A stretch of 64,000 nt of DNA from Candidatus Pampinifervens sinense (lineage in GTDB: Bacteria; Aquificota; Aquificia; Aquificales; Aquificaceae), in contig JAXSPP010000008.1 of assembly GCA_037927135.1 (NCBI GenBank), forward strand, positions 1 through 64,000, given 5' to 3'. Both the position numbers and the translations under genes were made by a program. The notes under the pieces are model-generated. The model had not been told where the DNA came from and did no database searches. It saw only the letters and a program-made list of their open reading frames with translations. Below, piece by piece: positions 37,409 to 46,921 of this stretch (the first letter of the stretch is position 1; every line of letters starts with the position of its first letter).

Positions 37409-38832
37409 GAACTTACCTCCTCTATAAGAAATTTGTGGATTGACTTGGCCGCTTTTCTTCCTTCCGCGAGGGCCCTTACCACCGTGTCTCCACCGTTTAC
37501 CACATCTCCACCGGCAAAAAGGCCCCTTACAGATGTCCTAAAGTTCTCATCAACCTTTACTGTTCCCCATCTGGTAAGCTCAAGCTCTGGCAGGTCTTCA
37601 TAAGCCACAGGATTTGCCTTTTGCCCTATGGCAAATATGACCGAATCGCACTCTATTATATGTTCTGACCCTTCCACTGGCACAGGCCTTGGCCTTCCGC
37701 TCTCGTCTGGCTCTCCCAGCTCCATCTTTATACACCTTAGGCCTACCACCTTACCCTCTTCGTCTCCTACTATCTCTATGGGCTGTGTTAGCCAATGGAT
37801 TATGGCACCCTCTTCCGCAATGTGGTCCCACTCCTCTTGGCGTGCGGAGGATGTTTCCCTTGTCCTTCGGTATACCACGTGGGTTTCCACTCCAAGCCTC
37901 AGGGCCGTTATGGCACAGTCCACAGCCGTAAAGCCACCACCTATTATGGCAGTTCTTCTTCCAAGGTTTACAGGCGTTGCGCTTTGTGGAAAGAGGTCTG
38001 CCCTTGCAAGCCCTACCCTTGTTAGCACCTCAATGGCAGAATAGACACCTTTCAGATGGTCCCCCTTTATACCCAAAGACCCCCTTCCTGCACCTACAGC
38101 CAAAAAGACTGCATGATATTTTTTCAAAAGTTCTGAAAGCTTTATGGTCCTTCCCACCACATATCCGAAGAAGAACTTAACACCCAAATCCTCAAGCTCC
38201 TTTATATGCCAGTCTATTATCTCCCTTGGAAGCCTCGCATGGGGTATGCCGTAGGCCATCACACCCCCAGCCCTTGGCAGTGCTTCAAAGATATGCACCT
38301 CATGCCCCCACCTTGCCAGGTCATAGGCGCAGGCAAGCCCCGCAGGCCCGGCACCTACCACAGCCACCTTATAACCTGTAGGTTCTTCCCTTTCCACCTC
38401 CACCTTTATGCCGGATATCCTTATAAAGTCTCCCACAAACTTCTCAAGGGCGCCTATGCTTACTGGAAGTCCCTTATTCTTTCTATTTTTCACCGTATCA
38501 TAATACAGTATGCAAGAACCTTCGCATTGCCTCTCCTGAGGACATATCCTACCGCATATGGAGGGGAAAGGGTCCGCCTCAATGATCTTTTTGTAAGCAC
38601 CCACAAGGTCTCCTTCTGTTATCTTCTTTATAAAGCCAGGTATGTCCACATTTATGGGACAGCCCTTTATGCACCTTTGGTCCGCATCCTTGCAAAAAAG
38701 GCACCTTTTGGCCTCATCAAGGGCAAGAGGGACAGAATAGCCAAGAGCGTATTCTCTAAAGCCTTTTACCCTCTCTTGAGGGGGCATAAGAGGTTCGGGG
38801 TTCCTGTCTTCGTACCTTATACGCTTAGCCAT
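37405..38832 (-). CDS. GltD/NfnB/SudA-family NADPH-dependent Fe-S flavoprotein
   Basis: CLFC...CIKGCP, CGRICPQERQCEGSC, GAGPAG, GGGFTAVD, YRR, FAGGD. Confidence 0.88.
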   Translation of the reverse strand: MAKRIRYEDRNPEPLMPPQERVKGFREYALGYSVPLALDEAKRCLFCKDADQRCIKGCPINVDIPGFIKKITEGDLVGAYKKIIEADPFPSICGRICPQERQCEGSCILYYDTVKNRKNKGLPVSIGALEKFVGDFIRISGIKVEVEREEPTGYKVAVVGAGPAGLACAYDLARWGHEVHIFEALPRAGGVMAYGIPHARLPREIIDWHIKELEDLGVKFFFGYVVGRTIKLSELLKKYHAVFLAVGAGRGSLGIKGDHLKGVYSAIEVLTRVGLARADLFPQSATPVNLGRRTAIIGGGFTAVDCAITALRLGVETHVVYRRTRETSSARQEEWDHIAEEGAIIHWLTQPIEIVGDEEGKVVGLRCIKMELGEPDESGRPRPVPVEGSEHIIECDSVIFAIGQKANPVAYEDLPELELTRWGTVKVDENFRTSVRGLFAGGDVVNGGDTVVRALAEGRKAAKSIHKFLIEEVSS

Positions 38833-38868
38833 TTAGTAAATAATTATATGCGGAAAGGTTAAAAGTGT

Positions 38869-41451
38869 TTATGTGGCTTGGCCTTTTAAAAGATCCAGAA
38901 ACTTGTCAAGGGTTATAGGCTTGCTAAGATAATAGCCTTGCAGATAATCACAACTCATTCTCATAAGCAAATCTGCTTGCCACTCATATTCCACACCCTC
39001 CGCTATGGTTTTTATGTTTAGAGTCTTACACATGCTTACAAGATGTTGCACTATGTTGAGGGTTTTTACATCTTCTAACCTGTCCACAAAGGACTTGTCT
39101 ATTTTTAGATAGCTTATAGGGAACTTGGAAAGGAGGGAAAGTGAGGAATACAGAATGCCAAAGTCATCAAGGACTATGCTTATGCCCAAGTTATGCACCT
39201 CTTCCAAGATTCTATTAGCCCTTTCTAGGTCTTTTATTACAGCCTCCTCTGTTATCTCCAAGTTTATAAGGCTTGGGCTAATTTCATACTTCTCTATAAG
39301 ACTTTTAAGGTAATCTGGGAGGTCTTCATCTATACTGAGGGGGGAAAGGTTTAAATAGATGGGAACACTTATAGAATAGTCTTTTATGAGTCTCATGGCC
39401 TCTTCAAAGACCCAATAGTCAAGCCTTTTTGTGAGCCTTTTCTTTTCCACAATGTGTAAAAAGTCCTTGGGATACAAAAGGCCAAAAACGGCAGAATACC
39501 ATCTTATAAGGGCTTCAGCTCCAACCGGTCTTAGGTCCTTTGAGCTATAGTAGGGCTGGAAGTGCAGTACAAACTCACCCCTCTCTATGGCATAGTTTAG
39601 TTCTTCTCCAATCTTTAGATCTTTTATTATTCTCTCTTCTTCACCCTTTTTATAATATGCAAAGGAAGAAGTGCCACCCTTTGCCTGTTTGAGGGCAAGA
39701 ATAGCCTTTTCCACAAGCTCAGATGGGCTCCTTCCATCCAAGGGGTATATGGATATGCCTATGTTTACTGTGAGCTTTAGGTCTTGTGCAGCCTTTAAGA
39801 TATCCCTTGTGAGCTCTTCAAGGTCCTTTGGACTCTCCAGTCTTTTGAAAACCAAAAACTCATCAGAGCCATACCTTCCGCATCCGTCCCCAACCTTTGA
39901 AAGCCTTTCCGCAAAGGAGGAAAGGATCTTATCACCCACAGAGTATCCATACAATAGGTTTATGCTGGAGAAGTTGTATATATCTACAAAGGCTACCGCT
40001 ATATTTCCTCCCTCTTTCGTAGCCTCTTCCAAAAGCTCAAGAAAGTGCTCCCTGTTTGGCACGCCGGTAAGGAGGTCGTAGTTGGAAAGGAACCTTAGCC
40101 TTTCTTCTATTTGCTTAACCTGTGTAATGTCTCTTCCAACGGCCACGAAATTGCTTATCTCACCCTTATCATCCCTTATAGGAACTATCTTAGAGTCAAG
40201 GTAGAAAAGGCTACCATCTTTTCTTCTGTTTATAAAGGTAGCATAAAAGACTTTTCCAGAGGTAATAGTATCCCACAGCTCCTTATAGAAATCCTCAGAG
40301 TGCAAGCCAGACTTAAATATGGAGGGCCTTTTACCTATGAGCTTTTCCCTTTTGTAGCCCGATATCTCCTCCACTGCAGGGTTTACATACTCAATGTAGC
40401 CGTTCTTGTCTGTTATCACGATCCAATCCTTTATTTCCTCTACAGCCCTAAAGAGGGTGTCCTTTGTCCTTAAGGTTTCTAAGTGTTCAAGGGCAAAGGA
40501 TATGTCTTCTGCAAGCTCCTCCACAAGCTTTAGAACATCCCCAGTAAAGAAGTTCTTTTTGTCAGAGTATAGGTTTATGGTGCCAATTATCCTACCCTTA
40601 AACCTTATGGGATGGGCGCAGCTTGAGAGGTAGTTTCTCTTTAGCATCTCCTCCCGCCATGGAGCCATGGCTGGGTTTGTTTCTGTGTCGTTGTTTACCT
40701 GCACTCTGTCCTCTATTATGGCTCTGGCTGTGGGTCCCTTATTTACACTCTCATCGTATATGTTGATATTCAAAGAGCTAAGATAGTTTTCCACATAACC
40801 AGAGGAACAAAGTGGTTTTACATTGCCCTTTTCATCCAAAAGCCCCACCCATGCCATCCTAAACATACCCTCTTCAGTTGCTGCTTTGCAGAACCATCTT
40901 AGAAGCTCTTCCTTATCCTTTGCCTGTAAGATGATATGATTGACGGAGGATAGAGTTTTATACATCCTAAGTAAAAAGTCTCCCTTTTGTTTTTCAAGCA
41001 AAAGGCTTATCAAGCTGGCTGTATAAAGGGCCTTGTATCTTTCAAAGACTGCCCATTGCCTCCTTTGAGACTTCTCAAGGGACAAAAAGCCAAAGGGCTT
41101 TCCTTCAAACCATACAGGGATGGCAAGAAAGAGGTATGTATTGTTGGACCTAAAGTAGTCTTTCATACATTGGCTTAGCCTTTCATCCTCCTGTGCCCTT
41201 TTACTTTCAAAGATGCCTTCCTCTTCTAAGGTTTGTAAAAATTCTTCACATCTATCCTTTTCAAAATAATACCCTTTTTCAAAATCCCCCTTTTCTTTTA
41301 CATAGAGCCACTCGCAAAAAATTATCTCCTCTTTTATGCTCCAAAAGCCCACCCTTTCTGCTTCTGTTTCCTCTGCACAAGTTTTTAAAAGTGGCTTTAT
41401 AAATTCCTCTTTTTCAAGGACTTTATAAATGGTTTTCAAGATTTCATGCAT
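38869..41451 (-). CDS. GAF-GAF-PAS-GGDEF(degenerate)-EAL c-di-GMP phosphodiesterase
   Basis: GPTARAI GAF, YVNPAVEEISGY PAS, GSDEF, EALIRW, LEITE, DDFG, AEGVE, QGY. Confidence 0.9.
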   Translation of the reverse strand: MHEILKTIYKVLEKEEFIKPLLKTCAEETEAERVGFWSIKEEIIFCEWLYVKEKGDFEKGYYFEKDRCEEFLQTLEEEGIFESKRAQEDERLSQCMKDYFRSNNTYLFLAIPVWFEGKPFGFLSLEKSQRRQWAVFERYKALYTASLISLLLEKQKGDFLLRMYKTLSSVNHIILQAKDKEELLRWFCKAATEEGMFRMAWVGLLDEKGNVKPLCSSGYVENYLSSLNINIYDESVNKGPTARAIIEDRVQVNNDTETNPAMAPWREEMLKRNYLSSCAHPIRFKGRIIGTINLYSDKKNFFTGDVLKLVEELAEDISFALEHLETLRTKDTLFRAVEEIKDWIVITDKNGYIEYVNPAVEEISGYKREKLIGKRPSIFKSGLHSEDFYKELWDTITSGKVFYATFINRRKDGSLFYLDSKIVPIRDDKGEISNFVAVGRDITQVKQIEERLRFLSNYDLLTGVPNREHFLELLEEATKEGGNIAVAFVDIYNFSSINLLYGYSVGDKILSSFAERLSKVGDGCGRYGSDEFLVFKRLESPKDLEELTRDILKAAQDLKLTVNIGISIYPLDGRSPSELVEKAILALKQAKGGTSSFAYYKKGEEERIIKDLKIGEELNYAIERGEFVLHFQPYYSSKDLRPVGAEALIRWYSAVFGLLYPKDFLHIVEKKRLTKRLDYWVFEEAMRLIKDYSISVPIYLNLSPLSIDEDLPDYLKSLIEKYEISPSLINLEITEEAVIKDLERANRILEEVHNLGISIVLDDFGILYSSLSLLSKFPISYLKIDKSFVDRLEDVKTLNIVQHLVSMCKTLNIKTIAEGVEYEWQADLLMRMSCDYLQGYYLSKPITLDKFLDLLKGQAT

Positions 41452-41596
41452 GATATCTTCCTTTTTCAGTATGGTTTGTGAAACCGTTGAAAATCAAACT
41501 CCAAACGGGGGGGGTGAAATTATCCTATACATAGTAAAAATTTTAAAACTCTTTTGAAATCCTTGCAACTGGGTGTTTCTTTCTTGGATAAAAGTC

Positions 41597-41627
41597 TTGA
41601 AATTTTAGCTCTATTATGATATCATAA
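41597..41627 (+). promoter_or_regulatory. sigma70 promoter for rlpA with palindrome over the -10
   Basis: TTGAAA(41597)-N17-TATCAT(41620); palindrome TTATGATATCATAA 41614-41627. Confidence 0.5.
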
Positions 41628-41654
41628 AAAAACAATTTGCATAAAGATTGAGCC

Positions 41655-42074
41655 ATGAGAGTTTTTGTAATTTTTCTAATGGTATTTTCTTTAGTGTTGG
41701 CCAAAGAGTGCAAGGTTTATGAGGGTTATGCCAGCTGGTATGGAAAGGGCTTTCATGGAAGAAAAACAAGCTCTGGTGAGATATTTAACAAATACAAATA
41801 CACGGCCGCCTCAAGGTATTTTCCTCTTGGAACATATCTGCTTGTTAGGAACCTAAGCAACGGTAAAGAGGTGGTGGTAATAGTGACAGATAGAGGTCCA
41901 CATAAGAAAGGCAGGATCATTGACCTCTCAAAGGCTGCGGCAGAAAAGCTAGACTTTTTAAGGCAAGGCATTACAAAGGTTCAAATTATGCCCCTCTCCT
42001 GTGCTGTGCAGGAGGAAAAGGTAGGTGAAGAAGACCACGAGGAGATCATAAGGGACCTTTTAAACACCCTCTAG
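41655..42074 (+). CDS. rlpA: RlpA-like DPBB lytic transglycosylase
   Basis: GYASWYG..FHGRKTSSGE, DRGP, RIIDLS. Confidence 0.9.
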   Translation: MRVFVIFLMVFSLVLAKECKVYEGYASWYGKGFHGRKTSSGEIFNKYKYTAASRYFPLGTYLLVRNLSNGKEVVVIVTDRGPHKKGRIIDLSKAAAEKLDFLRQGITKVQIMPLSCAVQEEKVGEEDHEEIIRDLLNTL

Positions 42075-42869
42075 CACTCTGTTGACTACAAGCGTTCCAC
42101 AGCCTCCGAGCCTGTCTTTTCTGTAGCGTGTAGAAAGCGTAACCCTTATGCCATAGGACCTAAGAAGTAAAAAGGCCTCTTCATAGGCCATGTCTCCCAC
42201 ATCCTCATAGCCTTCCCTAGTTTTGTTGTAGCGAAGAAGGGTTATACCTACACCTAGCTCCTTTGCGAGCCTTGCAAGGTCCAGCAAATCTTGTGGAGAG
42301 TCGTTTATACCCTTTAGAAGTATATAGGCAAGGCTTACCTTCCTTCTCTTTCTTAGAGACATGTTTGAAAGCTCTTCCTTTAAGGTTTTTATAAGATCTT
42401 CTAGCGGGCCTGCATGAGGCACAAGCTTCCTTCTTTTTCTTTCATCGGTAGAATGCAAAGATATGCTCACGCCAGAGTGGGGAAGTCTTAAGAGCTCCTT
42501 CAAGTTTTTTGTAGGGTGTCCTGTGGTGTAAAAGCTCACCTTCAGGCCAAGGCTCTTGAAATACCAAAAGGCCTCCTTTACAGCTTCCCAGTTCATCAAA
42601 GGCTCACCTATGCCCGCCACCGCTATCCTTTTTATGCTTACCATATCTTTTAAAAGCTCATACTGGCCTATCAGCTCTTTAAAGCTAAGGTTTCTCAAAA
42701 GGCCTTCCTTCCCAGAGAGGCAGAAGGGACAACCTATGGCACAGCCCACCTGCGTGGATATGCATAGCGTATCACCCCTATAAAAGACAGCCTCTACCCT
42801 TTTGCCATCCTCAAGCTCAAAGAGGAAAAGCCTGTTTAGATCACTGCTCAAGTCCTGCAAAAGCCTCAT
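42060..42869 (-). CDS. Shortened RlmN/Cfr-like radical SAM protein
   Basis: LCISTQVGCAIGCPFC, AGIGEP, ISLH, GIND, GGCGTL; ATG at 42869. Confidence 0.8.
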   Translation of the reverse strand: MRLLQDLSSDLNRLFLFELEDGKRVEAVFYRGDTLCISTQVGCAIGCPFCLSGKEGLLRNLSFKELIGQYELLKDMVSIKRIAVAGIGEPLMNWEAVKEAFWYFKSLGLKVSFYTTGHPTKNLKELLRLPHSGVSISLHSTDERKRRKLVPHAGPLEDLIKTLKEELSNMSLRKRRKVSLAYILLKGINDSPQDLLDLARLAKELGVGITLLRYNKTREGYEDVGDMAYEEAFLLLRSYGIRVTLSTRYRKDRLGGCGTLVVNRVLEGV

Positions 42870-43710
42870 TTTCCAGCACACCCCTTCTGCAACAGCTTCC
42901 GCATGCCTTGCAGTGCTCCAGGGCCCTCTCATAGCCCTTTGGCAGTATATCATCCAAGCTTACTTCCTTCCTTGACTCTTCTGAGACAAGCAAAACCTTC
43001 CATCTTATCGGGTCCACAAGCTCCACTTTGTAAACCTTTCCCTCATAGCATAGCTCGCTTCCCACCTCTGGAAGGAGAGCCTTTACAAGGTAGTTCTCCC
43101 TTTCAAAGACAAGACAGCACATTAGCCTACCACATGGACCTGTAAACTTTTGAGGAGAGAGAGGGAGATTCTGTTCCTCTATGTCCCTTAAAGATACCGA
43201 TTGAAACTCCTCTTGAAACCTCACACAGCAAGGGAGTTCACCGCATGCGCCTATCCATCCCATCATCTGCACCGCATCCCTCACCCCTATCTGCCTCATC
43301 TCTATCCTTCTTTTGAAGATCTTTGCAAGGTCTCTTACCAGGCTTCTAAAATCTACCCTCTGCTCTGCGGTGTAATAGAAAAAGATCTTGTTTCTGTCTA
43401 AGGGTATGTATGCCTTCAAAAGCTTCATCTCAAGACCATGTTCTACAGCCTTCTTCTTGCATATCTCAAGCGCCTCTTTTGCCCTTTCTTCATTTTCCCT
43501 CATTATCCTCATATCCTCTTCCGAAGCCTTCCTGATAAAGTAAGCCTTTAGCGGTGCTGGTTCTTTTGAAGCACCAAGGACCTTTACCACTTCTTCACCC
43601 TTTTCCGATTGGACCACAAGGTAATCGCCCCTTGCCACATCCTTTTCCCATACACCTTCTACCTGAAGTATCTTATTGGTATCTTGAAAGCGTGCTTTTA
43701 TATAAGACAT
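42841..43710 (-). CDS. ricT: PSP1-domain protein RicT/YaaT
   Basis: RVDFRSLVRDLA, RIEMRQIGVRD, CGELPCC, GPCGRLMCCL; follows holB. Confidence 0.88.
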   Translation of the reverse strand: MSYIKARFQDTNKILQVEGVWEKDVARGDYLVVQSEKGEEVVKVLGASKEPAPLKAYFIRKASEEDMRIMRENEERAKEALEICKKKAVEHGLEMKLLKAYIPLDRNKIFFYYTAEQRVDFRSLVRDLAKIFKRRIEMRQIGVRDAVQMMGWIGACGELPCCVRFQEEFQSVSLRDIEEQNLPLSPQKFTGPCGRLMCCLVFERENYLVKALLPEVGSELCYEGKVYKVELVDPIRWKVLLVSEESRKEVSLDDILPKGYERALEHCKACGSCCRRGVLENEAFAGLEQ

Positions 43711-43712
43711 GC

Positions 43713-44630
43713 TTATTTACCTCCTCTTATCTGAAGTAGTAAAAGACTAAGCCTTATCCCTCTGTTTAAATATTCTAATCCCCATGCTATCATGTCAAGG
43801 ATCTTCTTAAGCTCATAATTCCTATTTTCCACATACCTTTTATGCAGTATAGCCTGGAGTAGCTTTAGAAGCGTTTGTTGCCTATCTTGTTCCCAGTCTT
43901 CCACCTGAAGCACCCTTTTGTATAGGGTGAGAGCGTCCCCCTCCAATATATCCTTTGCAGCGTTTAACAACTCCTTATCCTCCTTTAGCTTCTTTGCCAT
44001 GCTTATGCTACCTTCTGCAAGCTCAAGGATAAGCGGATCCTCTATGCCCGTCAACCTCTTTAGCTCCTCCTGGGTCAAGGGTGGTATCTCTATAAGGAAG
44101 CTCCTTGACCTTACAGTGCTGAGAAGCTTTTGAACCTGGCTTGTTATGAGTATAAAGTGTGTGTCTTCTGGTGGCTCTTCTAGCACCTTAAGAAGGGCAT
44201 TCTGTGCGTATGGGTTCATGGCCTCCGCTGGCTCAATAATGATTACCTTCCTCTTTGATAGGGCTGGGCTAAGATATACAAAGTCTTTCACACCCCTAAT
44301 CTGATCTATCTTTATCTCAGCCTTTTCCGGTGCAAGGTATATAAAGTCTGGATGGTCTCCCCTAAGGTATAGATATACCTTTTTACCCCTCTTGTCCTCC
44401 CCATAGAACTTTAGCTCTTCCGTCTTTTTTTGTTTAAAGTCCTCCATGTGTCTGCATGATTCACAGCTACCGCAGGGTGGATACCTATTTTCAAGACACA
44501 GAAGGGCCATAGCCCACTCAAAGCCAAGCTCCTTTTTGCCTATACCTTCCTTACCATAGAAGATGATGGAAGATGGAATTCTTTTCTGATAGAAGAGACT
44601 GCTCAAAAACTTTTTGACCCTTTCCCTCAT
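43713..44630 (-). CDS. holB: DNA polymerase III delta' subunit
   Basis: GKEGIGK, CGSCESC, HPDF, IKIDQIR, AQNALLKVLEEPP, TVRSR; ATG overlaps the accC stop. Confidence 0.92.
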   Translation of the reverse strand: MRERVKKFLSSLFYQKRIPSSIIFYGKEGIGKKELGFEWAMALLCLENRYPPCGSCESCRHMEDFKQKKTEELKFYGEDKRGKKVYLYLRGDHPDFIYLAPEKAEIKIDQIRGVKDFVYLSPALSKRKVIIIEPAEAMNPYAQNALLKVLEEPPEDTHFILITSQVQKLLSTVRSRSFLIEIPPLTQEELKRLTGIEDPLILELAEGSISMAKKLKEDKELLNAAKDILEGDALTLYKRVLQVEDWEQDRQQTLLKLLQAILHKRYVENRNYELKKILDMIAWGLEYLNRGIRLSLLLLQIRGGK

Positions 44631-45961
44631 CAGATCATCAGCTCCTCTATAAACCTTATGTGATGTCTGCCCTGTTGGAACTCCCTTGTGGATAATACCC
44701 TTTTGTGGAACTCTATGTTGGTCTTTAAGCCGTTTCCAGATATGCGAAACTCTTCCAAGGCCCTTAGGGCCCTTCTTATGGCCTCTTCCCTCGTTTGGCC
44801 CCAGCATACAAGCTTGGCAAGAAGGGAGTCATAAAAGGGTGGCACCACATAGCCACAGTAAAGATGTGTATCTACCCTCACACCGTAGCCACCAGGTATA
44901 TACAGCTCCTCCACCTTTCCGGGAGAGGGTAAAAAGGTGTTTGGGTCCTCTGCGTTTATCCTACACTCTATGGCATAGCCCCTTCTTTGTAGCTTTCCTA
45001 TGTTTAACCTCTCCCCCCTTGCTATCCTTATCTGCCACTCTACAAGGTCAATGCCGTAGACCATCTCTGTAACGGGATGCTCCACCTGTATGCGCCCGTT
45101 CATCTCCATAAAGTAGAAGTTCCCCTCCTGGTCCATAAGGAACTCTACAGTTCCCGCACCCTCATACCCTATCTCCCTGCAGAACTCCTTTACAAGGGCT
45201 TCCATCTCTTTTCTTTTTTCTTCCGTTAAGGCAAGGCTTGGTGCTTCCTCTATAAGCTTTTGATGTCTTCTCTGTATGGAACACTCCCTTTCTCCAAGGG
45301 TTATAACGTTTCCATACTTGTCTGCAAGCACTTGTATCTCTATATGCTTTGGGTTTATGAGGTATTTTTCCACATAAAGCCTTCCGTCGCCGAAGGCCAC
45401 CTCCGCCTCTTGCGTTGCCAATGGGAACTTCTCCCTAAGCTCTTTCTCGTTATATACCACCCTTATACCCCTACCGCCTCCACCAGCCGCAGCCTTTATG
45501 ACCACAGGATAGCCTATCTTGCTTGCCACCTCAAGGGCCTTTTGAAAGTCCACTGGCCCATCGCTTCCGGGCAACAGAGGAAGGCCTACCTTTTTGGCTA
45601 TCTCCCTCGCCTTTACCTTATCGCCTATAAGCTCAAGGGTTTCTGGAGATGGCCCAACAAAGACCTTACCGCTTGCCCTAACTATCTCGGCAAACTTAGG
45701 GTTCTCTGAGAGAAAGCCATAGCCCGGATGCACTCCGTCCGCACCGGACACCTCAAGGGCAGACATGACCCTTGGTATATCAAGGTAGCTTTTGGAGGGC
45801 TCAGAAGGCCCAATGCATAAACTTTTGTCCGCAAGCTTTACATGTATGCTGTTGCTGTCTGCCTCCGAATATATGGCCACAGTCCTTATCCCCATTTCTC
45901 TGCATGTCCTTATTATCCTAACCGCTATCTCTCCCCTGTTGGCTATCAAAAGGCTTTTCAT
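44630..45961 (-). CDS. accC: Biotin carboxylase
   Basis: LIANRGEIAVR, HPGYGFLSEN, GGGGRG, RECSIQRRHQK, RIQVEHPVTE. Confidence 0.92.
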   Translation of the reverse strand: MKSLLIANRGEIAVRIIRTCREMGIRTVAIYSEADSNSIHVKLADKSLCIGPSEPSKSYLDIPRVMSALEVSGADGVHPGYGFLSENPKFAEIVRASGKVFVGPSPETLELIGDKVKAREIAKKVGLPLLPGSDGPVDFQKALEVASKIGYPVVIKAAAGGGGRGIRVVYNEKELREKFPLATQEAEVAFGDGRLYVEKYLINPKHIEIQVLADKYGNVITLGERECSIQRRHQKLIEEAPSLALTEEKRKEMEALVKEFCREIGYEGAGTVEFLMDQEGNFYFMEMNGRIQVEHPVTEMVYGIDLVEWQIRIARGERLNIGKLQRRGYAIECRINAEDPNTFLPSPGKVEELYIPGGYGVRVDTHLYCGYVVPPFYDSLLAKLVCWGQTREEAIRRALRALEEFRISGNGLKTNIEFHKRVLSTREFQQGRHHIRFIEELMI

Positions 45962-45999
45962 CTTGAATATTTTACACGCAAAGGCCCTACAATTTTTAC

Positions 46000-46581
46000 A
46001 TGCCCAAAAAAGTGGTTTTATGCATAACAGGTGCAAGCGGTGCCATATACGGCTACAGACTTCTGCAAGTGCTAAGCTCCATGAACTTTCATATAGACCT
46101 TGTAGTTTCTTCTTCGGGCTGGATAGTTTTAAAGGAAGAGTTGGATATTACAAAAGAGGATATACTCAAAGAGTTTCCAAGTGTAAACCTCTTGTCGGAA
46201 AAGGACATAGCCAGTCCTGTGGCAAGCGGCTCAAGGCTTGTAAAATACACCGGCGTAATCATAGCCCCCTGTTCTATGAGCACACTGGCCCACATAGCCA
46301 AGGGAACAAACCAAAACCTCATCCATCGCATAGGTGAGGTGGCTCTAAAGGAAAGGGTGCCCCTTGTATTGCTTGTGCGCGAAGCACCCTACTCCCTTGT
46401 GCATATAAAAAACATGCTTGAAGTAGCCCAGGCCGGCGCCATAGTTATGCCCGCAAGCCCAGGCTTTTACCACAGACCTAAAACAATTCAAGACCTTGTG
46501 GATTTTGTGGTAGGAAAGGTTTTAGACAGTCTGAGGCTGGAGCACAGGCTTTATAGAAGATGGAGAGAAGAAAAAGACTAA
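46000..46581 (+). CDS. ubiX: Flavin prenyltransferase UbiX
   Basis: ITGASGAIYG, ASGS, PCSMSTL, LKER, REAP, PGFYHRP. Confidence 0.95.
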   Translation: MPKKVVLCITGASGAIYGYRLLQVLSSMNFHIDLVVSSSGWIVLKEELDITKEDILKEFPSVNLLSEKDIASPVASGSRLVKYTGVIIAPCSMSTLAHIAKGTNQNLIHRIGEVALKERVPLVLLVREAPYSLVHIKNMLEVAQAGAIVMPASPGFYHRPKTIQDLVDFVVGKVLDSLRLEHRLYRRWREEKD

Positions 46582-46606
46582 ATTTAATACTAAGGAGGTG
46601 AGTATC

Positions 46607-46918
46607 ATGGGGCTTTATGTCATGCTTACAAAGATCTCACCCTATGCGGTCAAAAACCTTGAAAAGCTAAAGGAGATAGAACAGCAGGTAAAAAAGCTCA
46701 TTGAGGAGAATTGCCCCAATGTCAAGTGGATCATGAACCTTGTAGTCTTTGGTCCCTATGACTATCTGGATATATTTGAGGCATCAAGCGATGAGGAAGC
46801 GGCAAAGGTTGCCATGATCGTAAGGTCCTTTGGACATGCCACCACAGAAACCTGGCCTGCCATACAATGGAAGGACTTTAAAAATATCATCGGAAGCATA
46901 AAGATAGAATACAGCTAA
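46607..46918 (+). CDS. GYD-domain protein
   Basis: SD GGAGGTG; FGPYDYLDIFEA, G.ATTETWPA. Confidence 0.8.
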   Translation: MGLYVMLTKISPYAVKNLEKLKEIEQQVKKLIEENCPNVKWIMNLVVFGPYDYLDIFEASSDEEAAKVAMIVRSFGHATTETWPAIQWKDFKNIIGSIKIEYS

Positions 46919-46921
46919 AGC

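Noticed and set aside
38206-38862. 218-aa plus-strand ORF and other long shadow ORFs (21590-22090, 45792-46337, 48413-48916)
   Set aside because: They overlap well-supported genes on the opposite strand or in another frame and show no recognisable motifs
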